A stretch of DNA of 42,591 bases from a virus (Duplodnaviria; Caudoviricetes): the IMG/VR virus record IMGVR_UViG_3300049164_000073, positions 1-42,591 of that record. One strand, written 5' to 3'. The notes beneath the pieces were generated by a model. That model was not told where the DNA came from, searched no databases, and saw only the letters and a list, made by a program, of their open reading frames with translations. Every line of letters starts with the position of its first letter. Positions within the stretch are counted from its first letter, which is position 1. The translations under genes were made by a program, and so were the position numbers. Shown piece by piece: positions 7,811-17,400 of this stretch.

Positions 7811-9417
7811 CAGCAACCGTCCCCGCCACGTTCCAGGGCTCACCCGACGTCGAGGGTGAGCCCTGGCTCGGTTACATCCGAATCAGCACGTGGAAAGAGG
7901 AACAGATCAGTACCGAGCTGCAACAGGCAGCAATCGACGCGTGGGCCAGGCGAACCGGGCATCGCATCGTCGGCTGGATCGAAGACCTCGACATGACCGG
8001 ACGGAACTTCAAACGCAAGGTCATGACCGCCATCGCCGCCGTAGAGCGCGGAGAGGCCCGCGGCATCGCTGTCTGGAAATACAGCCGCTTCGGACGCTCC
8101 CGCGACGGCGTCAGCATCAACCTCAAGCGCGTCGAGGACGCTGGCGGACAACTCCAATCAGCCACCGAAGAAGTCGACGCCCGCACCGCTACCGGCCGAC
8201 TGCAACGCGGCATCCTGTTCGAGCTCGCCGCCTACGAGAGCGACCGCGCCGGCGAACAGTGGAAAGAGACCCACGACCACCGCCGCTACAAACTCCACCT
8301 GCCCGCCACCGGCCGCCCCCGCTTCGGCTACATCTGGCACCCCCGCCGGCTCCCCGACGGGAAGGGCGGCTGGACCGTACAGGAAGAGAAGTACGTTGCC
8401 GACCCGAAAGCCGGTCCCGTCATGGCCGACCGCTACCGTCAGTACATCGACGGAGAGAAGTTCTACGGCCTGGTCGCCGACCTCAACGCCGAAGGCTGGC
8501 GCACCGTCCGCGGCAGCCTCTGGTCCGAACAAACACTCATCCGCTACATGGACTCAGGCTTCCCCGCCGGCCTGCTACGCCTCCACGACCCGAAATGCTT
8601 GTGCAAGCCCGAGACCCGAAGCAACTGCCAGCAGGCGATCTACGTGCCCGGCGCCCAAGAGGAACTGATCGACCTCGACCTGTGGCAGCAGTACCGCGAA
8701 CGCCGCGAGCACGTACGCCAGACACCGCCGCGGGCACGTACCGCGCTCTACATGCTCACCAGCCTCGTGCGCTGCGGCGGCTGCCGCGGCACCACCCCCG
8801 CACACTCCGCCCGACGCATGATCGACGGCGAGCAGCGGAGCATCCTCGGCTACTCGTACCAGTGCGGCCGACGAGGCGTCACCGGCACCCACGGATGCGA
8901 AGGCGTCTGGATCAAACGGCAGCAGGTCGAAGACAAGGTGCGCGCCTGGCTCGCCGACGATCCGGCACCCGGCGTGGACGCCGCCCCCAGCATCCCCGCG
9001 CAGCGGACAGAGCCGCGCGACCAGCGCGCCGCCGCAACCCGCGAACGCGCCCGCCTACAGGCCGAAGCCGACAAGCACGCCGCGGCCCTCACCAACCTCC
9101 GCGTGCAGCGCGCCGCAGACCCGGACGACTTCGGACCTGGCGAGTACGAGGCCGCCCGCGACAAGATCCGTCAGCAGCAGGCAGCCACACAGGCTGCGCT
9201 TGAACGGGTCGCCGTCGTCGAGGTCACCCCCCACCGCGCCGACTACGAACCCCTGATCGTCGACCTTCTCGACGGCTGGAAGGTCCTTACCGACCGGCAG
9301 AAGAACAGCATCCTGCGGCAGCTCTTGCGCCGCGTCGCGATCGTCCGCACCCCTGACGGCATGCAGGTCCAGCCCCACCCCATGTGGGAGCCTGACCCCT
9401 GGACGGACACCGTCTGA
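7807..9417 (+). CDS. int: Large serine recombinase (integrase)
   Basis: GYIRIST catalytic Ser motif, YSRFGR, recombinase domain, CGGC...C zinc ribbon and coiled coil; 536 aa. Confidence 0.95.
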   Translation: MTATVPATFQGSPDVEGEPWLGYIRISTWKEEQISTELQQAAIDAWARRTGHRIVGWIEDLDMTGRNFKRKVMTAIAAVERGEARGIAVWKYSRFGRSRDGVSINLKRVEDAGGQLQSATEEVDARTATGRLQRGILFELAAYESDRAGEQWKETHDHRRYKLHLPATGRPRFGYIWHPRRLPDGKGGWTVQEEKYVADPKAGPVMADRYRQYIDGEKFYGLVADLNAEGWRTVRGSLWSEQTLIRYMDSGFPAGLLRLHDPKCLCKPETRSNCQQAIYVPGAQEELIDLDLWQQYRERREHVRQTPPRARTALYMLTSLVRCGGCRGTTPAHSARRMIDGEQRSILGYSYQCGRRGVTGTHGCEGVWIKRQQVEDKVRAWLADDPAPGVDAAPSIPAQRTEPRDQRAAATRERARLQAEADKHAAALTNLRVQRAADPDDFGPGEYEAARDKIRQQQAATQAALERVAVVEVTPHRADYEPLIVDLLDGWKVLTDRQKNSILRQLLRRVAIVRTPDGMQVQPHPMWEPDPWTDTV

Positions 9418-9448
9418 CCAGCCCACCGCGCACCACTCTTCGGGAGCA

Positions 9449-9488
9449 TGTTTTGTACACCGTGACGAGCAACAGCGTGTGTAAAACA
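9449..9488. other. Candidate attP
   Basis: AT-rich inverted repeat TGTTTTGTACAC-N16-GTGTGTAAAACA (10/12 match) just downstream of the serine integrase. Confidence 0.6.
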
Positions 9489-9541
9489 GTCGCCGCCCGA
9501 CCTGCGGCGCGACAACGCCCGCCGCGCTAGGCTCACATGAA

Positions 9542-9584
9542 AGCGGGCCGGCCCGGAGTCTCTACCTCTCCGGGGCGGCCCGCT
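9542..9584. terminator. Stem-loop between convergent genes
   Basis: AGCGGGCCGGCCCGGAG...CTCCGGGGCGGCCCGCT inverted repeat. Confidence 0.6.
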
Positions 9585-9599
9585 CTCGCACCTACCGCA

Positions 9600-10076
9600 T
9601 CAGCGGCGGCGCACCCCCACCGCGCCGAGCATGACCCGGCCCGTCGGCATGAACCGATCAAGGTACGCCTCGATGGCCTCCTGGCCCGAACCAGCCGCGA
9701 GCGGCTCCAGCCCCACCGCAAGCAGTGCGGCGCCCTGCTGCTCGACCGCCCCGCGCCACACCGACCCCGGTTCGGCAACCCGGAAAACCACACGCGGATG
9801 ACCGTAGTCGAGGGTCGTCAGTCGCGAGCGGAGCGCCAGGCGGTCGCCGACGTACGGCACCCGCTCAGTGCCCGGCCGCATACCGAGCGCGTCGCAGATT
9901 GCCTGTAGCTGCTGCTCGATCTCCGCCCGCTCCTCGGCCGGAAGGTGCACGCCAGAGCGCGCGAGCAGCAGCCACGGAATCCGGCCGCCGCTCTCGATCG
10001 CATCCACCCACGTCGCGTGAAACGTGCCCGCGATGAATCCCGCGCCCGGCACCTGCACCGCCTCCTGATTCACCAT
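9600..10076 (-). CDS. Hypothetical protein coupled to the ATP-binding protein gene
   Basis: MVNQEAVQVPGAG...; overlaps the stop of the upstream gene. Confidence 0.7.
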   Translation of the reverse strand: MVNQEAVQVPGAGFIAGTFHATWVDAIESGGRIPWLLLARSGVHLPAEERAEIEQQLQAICDALGMRPGTERVPYVGDRLALRSRLTTLDYGHPRVVFRVAEPGSVWRGAVEQQGAALLAVGLEPLAAGSGQEAIEAYLDRFMPTGRVMLGAVGVRRR

Positions 10077-10492
10077 GCGACCACGGCCCAAACGGCCTTA
10101 CCGAACGGCCTCTCATCCACGCCCCACTGTGTGGCGAGCGCTTCGACGATGAACAGGCCCCGGCCGCGGCCCCGTTCATCGGACTCGGGCCGCTGGTGCG
10201 GACGCCGGCGTGTCGGGTCGTGCACCTCGACCCGCACCCGGCCCGGTACGGCATCCAGTACGACGAGCACCGAATCGCCCGGCTCTGTGCCGTACCGGAT
10301 TGCGTTCGTCGTCAGCTCCGACACCAGCGTGACCACATCGTCCAGCGGCCCGTCAGGGATGTCCGGAACGAGTGACGACACGAACTCGCGTGCGTACTCG
10401 CGGGCGTGACGTACCGCCTCCGGGTGACTGTCGAGCAGTAGCCGGGGCGGCGTGCCCGCCGGCGGGTGACACTGGGCGGATGTTAACGGCAT
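10070..10492 (-). CDS. ATP-binding protein, HATPase_c/RsbW anti-sigma-like (AbaA-like)
   Basis: LVSELTTNAIRYG (N box), VEVHD, ERGRGRGLFIVEALATQWG...GKAVW; start codon uncertain. Confidence 0.88.
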   Translation of the reverse strand: MPLTSAQCHPPAGTPPRLLLDSHPEAVRHAREYAREFVSSLVPDIPDGPLDDVVTLVSELTTNAIRYGTEPGDSVLVVLDAVPGRVRVEVHDPTRRRPHQRPESDERGRGRGLFIVEALATQWGVDERPFGKAVWAVVAW

Positions 10493-10613
10493 GCGTTGCA
10501 GGATGACCACGGCAAACACCTCTGTCCCTGTGTGCCCATCACGCAGTTTCGTCACACGCTGTAGGGCGACACAATCCGTTTCGTAGTGCCAGAGTGCCCG
10601 TCCGATGCCATGC

Positions 10614-10650
10614 TGTGCAATGGCTGCACACCTGAAATGCAAAATTGCAT
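10614..10650. promoter_or_regulatory. Inverted repeats in the divergent intergenic region (putative XRE operators)
   Basis: TGTGCA-N5-TGCACA 10614-10630 and ATGCAA-AA-TTGCAT 10637-10650. Confidence 0.5.
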
Positions 10651-10753
10651 ATGCCGATGAGAGGTCGTGGCAGCACCGGAGGTGGTCCAGGTGACAGGGC
10701 ATGGGACGGCGCGGCAGACTGGGGCACACCGAACACGCTGGGGAGGGGGATAC

Positions 10754-11620
10754 GTGAGCACACCGACCGTGCGCCGGCGCAGGCTTGGCCACAAACTCCG
10801 CAGCTTGCGGGAAACTCTCGGCCTCACGCTCGACGAAGTCAGCGCCAAGGCAGAGCCGGGCGCGATCACTACCGCGCGCCTCTCCCGGCTCGAAACCGCA
10901 CGCACCGCGGCAAAGCCGGCCGACGTCGAGCTCCTACTCGACCTGTACGGCGTGGACGATCGCGAACTCCGTACGGCGCTCCTCGCCCTCACCCGCGAAG
11001 GCGCCCGGCGCGGCTGGTGGCAGTCCTACCGCGGCGTCCTATCCCCCGTTTACGAGGACCTGATCAGCCTTGAGGCTGAGGCATCGTCCGTACGCACGTG
11101 GCAGATGGGCGTGATACCGGGCCTACTTCAGACGGGCGAGTACGCGCGGGAGATCATCACCGCAACCGCCATGTCCGAAGCCGTCACGGAACGCGTTGAC
11201 GCCCTGGTCGAGGTACGGCTTGCGCGGCAAGCCGTACTCACCCGCGACAACCCCGTGGAACTCTGGGCCATCATCGGCGAAGCCGCCCTTACAGCGCGAT
11301 GTGTCGGCGAAGGAGTCATGCGCGACCAGCTCGGGCGGCTCATTGCCCTCTCGCGACGCCCGAACATCACCATCCAGGTACTTCCTTCAGACGCCCCGCC
11401 GCATGTCGGCCAGATGGGCTCGTACACGATCCTTGGCTTCGAGGATCACCCAGACCTCGACGTCGGCCACGTCGAGAGCCTGACCGCCATCCTCTACATC
11501 GAGGAACGCGACCAGGTCGCCGTCTACCGGAACGCCTTCGAACGGCTGCGCGCAGCAGCGTTGTCCGTCGAAGAGTCCGCGGCTCGCATCGCACAGATAA
11601 GGGATACACATGACCATTGA
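10754..11620 (+). CDS. XRE-family regulator, HTH plus DUF5753 (WhiJ/Scr1-like)
   Basis: PTVRRRRLGHKLRSLRE, RGWWQSY, IPGLLQTGEYAR, RLARQAVL, AIIGEAAL signatures; GGAGG RBS. Confidence 0.93.
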   Translation: MSTPTVRRRRLGHKLRSLRETLGLTLDEVSAKAEPGAITTARLSRLETARTAAKPADVELLLDLYGVDDRELRTALLALTREGARRGWWQSYRGVLSPVYEDLISLEAEASSVRTWQMGVIPGLLQTGEYAREIITATAMSEAVTERVDALVEVRLARQAVLTRDNPVELWAIIGEAALTARCVGEGVMRDQLGRLIALSRRPNITIQVLPSDAPPHVGQMGSYTILGFEDHPDLDVGHVESLTAILYIEERDQVAVYRNAFERLRAAALSVEESAARIAQIRDTHDH

Positions 11621-11813
11621 CGACTCGTCGACTCTCGCCGTGGCATGGCAGAAGTCGTCTTACTCGGGCGCGCAGGGGGATTGCGTCGAGGTTGCCCCCG
11701 TCGGCGCCCGGATCGCCGTACGGGACAGCAAGGCCGTCCACGGGCCGGCGCTGCTCGTCGACCGCGGCACGGTCGGTGCGCTCGTTGACGCCATCAAGGG
11801 CGGCGCACTGTAG
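11610..11813 (+). CDS. DUF397 protein (BldB/Scr2-like)
   Basis: WQKSSYSG...CVEVA...VRDSK...GPAL signature directly after the XRE gene. Confidence 0.93.
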   Translation: MTIDDSSTLAVAWQKSSYSGAQGDCVEVAPVGARIAVRDSKAVHGPALLVDRGTVGALVDAIKGGAL

Positions 11814-11827
11814 CACTGGGGTACGAC

Positions 11828-11871
11828 AAAAGCGCCCCCGCAACAGCCATCATGGCTGGGCGGGGGCGTTT
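11828..11871. terminator. Bidirectional intrinsic terminator
   Basis: AAAAGCGCCCCCGC...GCGGGGGCGTTT between the convergent DUF397 and lysis genes. Confidence 0.7.
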
Positions 11872-11881
11872 CTGCGCGGGG

Positions 11882-12088
11882 TCACCACAGGATGTGCACG
11901 AGGTACCAGACGGCGAACCCAACCCACGCCACGGCGAAAACGACGCGGCCGGGCGGAGTGTGGACACGGAACCACCGGCGGGTGGACTCCGACAGGGTGT
12001 CGTCCGCGCGCCCGTTCCGGAGCGCGACCATTTCGACCACGGCCCCGGCAGCGAGCAGACCACCCCACACCACATCAGCAGTAGACAC
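11882..12088 (-). CDS. Small two-TM membrane protein (lysis module)
   Basis: 68 aa, two hydrophobic segments, last gene of the late operon. Confidence 0.7.
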   Translation of the reverse strand: MSTADVVWGGLLAAGAVVEMVALRNGRADDTLSESTRRWFRVHTPPGRVVFAVAWVGFAVWYLVHILW

Positions 12089-12097
12089 GGCGTTCCC

Positions 12098-12448
12098 CTA
12101 TCGTCCGAGGGCTGCCCACGCGGACAGTCCGAGTCCGCCGACCGCCACCACGCTCGCGATGAGTGGCAGCGGCCAGCGCCGGTTGTACAGCTCGTCCACG
12201 CGTGCGGTCTCGCGCTTCTGGCGGTCGGTCTCGCCCCGCTCGATGGTGTCGATGCGGGTGTCGTGCGCGTCGATGCGCGTCGCGTGGTCGGCAAGGGTTT
12301 CGGCGGTGTGGTCGTAGCGCTGCACCAGCAGGGCCAGCGCCCCGGACTGCCGCTCGAACCCGACCTCAACGACCCGCCGCATGCGCTCCATCGCGAGCGC
12401 TACGGCCGGGTCGGCCGGGGTGGGGATGTCGTCGGTCGTGTCGCTCAC
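12098..12448 (-). CDS. Coiled-coil protein with C-terminal TM segment (lysis module)
   Basis: Heptad-like region followed by a hydrophobic C-terminus. Confidence 0.75.
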   Translation of the reverse strand: MSDTTDDIPTPADPAVALAMERMRRVVEVGFERQSGALALLVQRYDHTAETLADHATRIDAHDTRIDTIERGETDRQKRETARVDELYNRRWPLPLIASVVAVGGLGLSAWAALGR

Positions 12449-12804
12449 TGGCCGCCGCCAGGGCGGATGTTCTTGCGGATGATCTCGTGCAGGTCAGCGC
12501 CGAACGCCTCCGCGTCGAGCCGCACCTGAACCGTGCCGGGCACGTGCTTCTCGTTCGTGTACTCGGGGGAGCGGGCCCAGCCGAGCAACAGGCCCGCGGC
12601 CATGCGGGCGGGCTGCCAGTCGAGCCGGTCGGCGGCCTGTTCGAGCAGGCGCAGGAGGAGGTAGTACGCGGCGGTGAATCCGGCGGTGGCGAGTGCGGCA
12701 GCCTGGCCGCTGTCGACGTTGAAGCCGAGCGCGCCGGTGATGGTGAGCAGGTAGCCGGCGAGGACGGGCACGACGGTGCGGGAGAGTGAGGCGAGCAGGT
12801 TCAT
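12445..12804 (-). CDS. Putative holin
   Basis: SLSRTVVPVLAGYLL...TAAYYLLLRLLE hydrophobic segments; directly after the endolysin. Confidence 0.7.
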   Translation of the reverse strand: MNLLASLSRTVVPVLAGYLLTITGALGFNVDSGQAAALATAGFTAAYYLLLRLLEQAADRLDWQPARMAAGLLLGWARSPEYTNEKHVPGTVQVRLDAEAFGADLHEIIRKNIRPGGGQ

Positions 12805-12835
12805 GGGGCGGTCCGATCTCGTGAGGGGCGGCGGG

Positions 12836-13939
12836 TCAGTCGGTGACGTTGAAGCCGTACTTGGCGCCCAGGCGGCGGAGGGACGTGGCGCCGGGGATGC
12901 CGTCGGCGTCGCGGCCGCGGTAGCCGAGGCGCTGTTGCCAGCGGGCGTACGCGCGCACCGTGGTGGTGCCGTAGTGCCCGTCGGCGTAGCGGCGCGGCAG
13001 GAGTCCTTCGCGGGCGAGCGCGTCCTCGACGATCCGAACGCCGTCGTACGACACGGGCGTACCGCGGCGCGGCGGGTCCGCCTTGGCCGCGGCGCGCAGC
13101 CGGGACAGGTCTACGGTGGGCGGGCTGGCGGGCCGGGTGCCGAGCAGCCGGGCGAGGCTGGCCTCGCCCGGTACTCCGTCGGCGTCGGCGCCGCGGTAGC
13201 CGAGCGACCGCTGATAGGCCGCGTAGGCGGCGGTGTCGGCGTCCGACCACGTCGGGCCGGGGCCGACCCGGTACGCGTCGCCGTGGCCGCAGGCGACCAG
13301 CGCGCGACCCACCTGCGTCACGTGGTCGCCGTGGGCGCCGTACCCGTATTCGAGTCCGCCGATGGTGACCTGGTAGCGGGCCACGCTCGGGACGGTGCCG
13401 GACGTGCCGCCCTGCGGCGCGGTACCCGTCGGCGGCTTGTACCCCTTGGCGGGCATGCCGGCCTGCACCCACGCATACAGAATGCCGCCGGGGCACTGCG
13501 TGGCGATGCCGTCTTGGTGCCCCTTCTGGGCGAGCGTCCGGCCGGTGCGGCGGCATCCCTCGTCGTACAGCCACCGGCACGCGGCGAGGGCCGCCTCCGT
13601 AGGCTGCTGGTCGCCCCCGACGGCGATCTGTACGGCGAGGCCGCTGACGTTGTGGCCGGGGCAGTGCGCGCCCTGCCGGTCCCACCCGCGGCCCTCGTAG
13701 ATGTTGCCGGATTGATCGACGACGAACGAATACCCGATCCCGGCCCAGCCCTTCGCCTGGTGCTGGGCGTCGATCGCGCGCGGGATCGCGTAGCCAGTGC
13801 GGGTGACGTGGCGGGCGCCGTCGTAGTGGACGAAGAACTCGGTACGCGAGCTGAGCGGAACACGGGCGGGGCCTTTGCTGGCCGGGTCGCCGTTCCATGG
13901 TCGGGCGCCCCACATGGCGCGACTGATGATGGTGGGCAT
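12836..13939 (-). CDS. Endolysin: PGRP/amidase_2 catalytic domain plus peptidoglycan-binding repeats
   Basis: IISRAMWGA, VHY, GWAGIGYSF, IYEGRGW, GAHC, GHQD..TQCPG; two LGYRG.DADG.PG repeats. Confidence 0.92.
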   Translation of the reverse strand: MPTIISRAMWGARPWNGDPASKGPARVPLSSRTEFFVHYDGARHVTRTGYAIPRAIDAQHQAKGWAGIGYSFVVDQSGNIYEGRGWDRQGAHCPGHNVSGLAVQIAVGGDQQPTEAALAACRWLYDEGCRRTGRTLAQKGHQDGIATQCPGGILYAWVQAGMPAKGYKPPTGTAPQGGTSGTVPSVARYQVTIGGLEYGYGAHGDHVTQVGRALVACGHGDAYRVGPGPTWSDADTAAYAAYQRSLGYRGADADGVPGEASLARLLGTRPASPPTVDLSRLRAAAKADPPRRGTPVSYDGVRIVEDALAREGLLPRRYADGHYGTTTVRAYARWQQRLGYRGRDADGIPGATSLRRLGAKYGFNVTD

Positions 13940-14007
13940 GGGCGTCTCCAGACATGAGAAAAGCCCCTGACGGGGCGGTAGAGAGAGGGCTGGGAGGGCC
14001 TGGCGGG

Positions 14008-14484
14008 TCAGATCTCCGCGAGGAGGAAAATGCCCAGGCGGGGCGCGATACTGCCGGCCTCCGAGTCCAGGTTCCCGCCGGAGGTCTGGCGCCCGAGGAC
14101 GGTCACGGCATCGCCGGCGGACAGCATCGCGCCGCCAGCCACCGTGATCCGGCCCGCCACCGTGCTCAGATCGTCGATGTCGCGGGAGTCCCAGATGCGG
14201 CCCGCGCCGTTCACCGTGATGACGACCTCTCTGCGACCGTTGGCGTTCCCCGCGAAATTGAGGGACGCCCAGCACATCCACAGGCCTGAGACGGGCACGA
14301 TGATCCTGTTGTTGGCCACGTCGGCCGCGCCGTCGGCTGTGTCGACGTCGACCGTGTCGAAGACGATCTCCGTGATAACGCTGTCTGCCAACGTGGTGGG
14401 CGTCCCTGACGAAAGCTGCGCTCCGTACTCGAATTTCGCGAACCGTGCGGCGGTGAGCTTGGTGCCCGGCGGGAACTGAGGCAT
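14008..14484 (-). CDS. Minor tail / receptor-binding-associated protein
   Basis: Beta-rich 158 aa between the tail protein and lysin. Confidence 0.65.
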   Translation of the reverse strand: MPQFPPGTKLTAARFAKFEYGAQLSSGTPTTLADSVITEIVFDTVDVDTADGAADVANNRIIVPVSGLWMCWASLNFAGNANGRREVVITVNGAGRIWDSRDIDDLSTVAGRITVAGGAMLSAGDAVTVLGRQTSGGNLDSEAGSIAPRLGIFLLAEI

Positions 14485-14494
14485 GGGGGGCTCC

Positions 14495-17400
14495 TTACAG
14501 GGCGACGTAGGACGGGTGGGCGAGCCGGATGTCCGCCCCGGCGGCGTGCGATTTCACGATGCCGTTGACGGACCGGGTGACGGTGAAGGTCTGCGGGTCG
14601 GCGCGCAGATTGTCGAACTCCATCGTGAACGGCATCGCGTTCGTGGTGCTGCCGCCGATGAAGCCACGGACCCCGACGGATTCGGGATCGGTCAGGTCGG
14701 TGTCGGTAGCCGACACCTGCCAGTCGGTGGGCTCCGGGTCGGACCGCAGCCACACTTTCGCCGCCAGGTCGCTGCCCGTCACGGTCAGGCGCACCGTGTA
14801 CCAGGCGCCTGCGGTGAGGGTCATGCCCGTGGCGTAGGAGTCGAGCAGCGTCTCCGATCCGACCCGCTTGCGCAGGTTGAGGAACATTCCCCCGGTGGCC
14901 GTGATCTGCACGCGGGCGAAGTAGAAGTGGGTGCCGTCCGCGTAGCGGATGACCGGGTAGACGTATGCGCTGTCGCCCGTGGGGGCGACGGGGAGCGAGA
15001 AGTCAACGCGCAAGTCCACGTCGGCTGTCGACACGGCGGCCACCTGGGCGAGGAACGTGGCCGCGGGCAGGAGGAGCCGCCCGGTGCCGCCGCTGACGGC
15101 GTAGTCGGATGCGCTGCCGCCGTCCGCCGTCCATGCCTGCCCGGAGTCGGCCGTCCCCCAACCGGAGGCGACGGCATCGTCAAAGGCGTCCTCGACCACG
15201 CCGGTGCACGCGGTCACGGTCATGGCCTCGCCGCCCACAGTGACGTCGAACGGGAAGTCGTCTGGGTACGTGGCACTGTCCACCCATCGCGGGCCCAGCG
15301 TCGTGACCACCGGTACAGCCGTGGTGGCCTCGTCCACGGTGATCACGAGCTGGGAGCCGGTCGTGTCCGCATGCGACTCGTCGACCACCCCAAGGGACGA
15401 CCACGGGCCCGCCGGCGTACAGAAAAGGGTCACCTCCCACGTACGCGGGCCAATGTCCTCCCGGTAGCCCATGACCATCAGGTCGACCGGGCCGGGTGGC
15501 AGGAAAATCGGCAGGTCGGTGATGCGGATCGTGTCGCCGACGTCGAGCGCGAGCACGTCAGCGATCAGCGCCGGGTACTTGTGCAGCAGAATGCGCACCG
15601 ACGGGTACCGGGGCTCATCCCACGTGCCCAGGTACGCGGCCCAGGCGGCGATCTGGAGCGGCTGTGTGTCGTCGTGCATCGACAGGGACACGGACTCGTC
15701 GTAGAGGCCGACAGCGTCCACGGACAGCGGCCCGTCCTCGACAACCACACGGGCCGACGACCCGCCGATACGCTGGCGGGTGACGTCGTTGCGGATCTGC
15801 TGGTCGTCGTCCACTGGAGTCAGCGGCGGCGCCAGTTGTCCGTACGGGATGACCAGCTTCGGCGTTTGGTTGTACAGCGACGCCCGATCCCGGTAGCGAA
15901 GCCCGGTCGATTCCCGATCCTCGTACAGGATGCCGCCGTCGGTCGCCTCGCACTCCTCCAGCAGCTCCAGCAGCGTTGCCGGGCGCTGCGGACCCATGCG
16001 CTGCTGCATGCTCGCCGTGCCCGCAACCCCGATCGGTAGCCCCTCCTCGTCGGCCAGGCGCTCGACACGCTCACCGGCCGTCTCCCCCGTCCAGGCATCA
16101 GCCGCACTGAACAGGGCAAACGGGCCGACACTGCTGCTCGACGTAGGCCACACCGAGACATGGCCCATCGCCATACCGTCGAGCTGCGAGCTGAATCCGC
16201 CGGCTGAACCGCCGACCGTCGAAGGCGCACCCACGGTGCCCGCGAAACTGCCGCTGGTGGCCCCGGCCGCGCTGCCGACCGGCTGCCACCCGACATGCCA
16301 GTCAACATTGCCGCCGTTCTGCGTAGCACTGAAGTCAACCCGCACCCACTGCCGGAACAGCTTCTCGCCGGTAGCGACATCGACCGTGAACACGGTGTTC
16401 CCGTCAGCGTCCAGACCGAACACGCGGGACACGTCGCTACGAATCTGGAGGAACCATTCCCGCACGGTGCCCGTGGACTGCGTCCGCATGATCGTAGCCA
16501 GCGTCGCATTCGGCTCCGGCGCGTGATACATCCACACCACGGCCCACGAATCCAGCGTCGTACCGGGCGCAGGCACTCTGCCCTGCATCAGACATTGGCC
16601 GGTGGACCGGTCAACAGTCGGAAGCGGCTTCGACCCGGCCAGCGTGTCGTCAGACGCGAAGTCAAAGTTCTGGACGAACATCGCCGGTACCCCAGCGATG
16701 GGAGATGCGGCGGTACCGGCGTCGGCCTCGTCTTCCATCGGCCAGTACGCCAGTGGTCCGAACGAGGGGATACGCCGCCGGAGTGTCGAGTCGAGGGCCT
16801 TTTGCCCCTGCCCCAGCCGGCGCAGCGTGCCCGCCGCGGTCAGGTCGGCCGTGACGTTATGCCCGGACACGTGCCACGACGGCGGCCACTCCGGCACCGA
16901 CAGCACGAAACGAGGCCACCGGTCGCTGATGGAAGCTGTGCCGTTCATGCTCCAGGCGCGTCCGGCGGAATCGACGAAGCCGGCCGCGCCTAGGGCCTGT
17001 GCGGTGAAGTCGGGATCGGCTACAGCAGGCCCGTCGATTCCGTTCCTCACCTCGGCCGCGAAGCAGCGGCCCGTGGCGCGGGCGAATGTGATGGGGGACG
17101 CGTCGCCGATACGGAGACGGGTCGGACTGTTGAAAAGGCTGGTCACTCCTGCACCGGTGACCGGGTTGCCGAACTCGATCCACGGACCTGCGATGGTGTC
17201 GGCCGTGTAGAAAGTGACCGTCCAGCCGCCGGAGCCGTTGTCGACGTCGAGGGTCACGCGTACTGCCCTGCGGCCCACGATTCCCGCGAGCATCTCGGTG
17301 GACTTGGCGCCCAAGGTGTTCGCGCCGTCAGCTGACCACTCGATGTACAGAGAGCCGTCCCGGCTTCCCAACAGCCAGGACTTTTCTCCGGCGTTGAAGC

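Noticed and set aside
7890-9203. 437-aa alternative-frame ORF inside the integrase
   Set aside because: Arg/Pro-rich off-frame translation with no modules, unlike the nested methyltransferase ORF.
12836-14281. Longest-ORF starts from the track (also 6790, 10667, 10792, 30667, 38057, 42542)
   Set aside because: The extensions overlap neighbouring genes or promoters; downstream starts with an RBS or translational coupling fit better.
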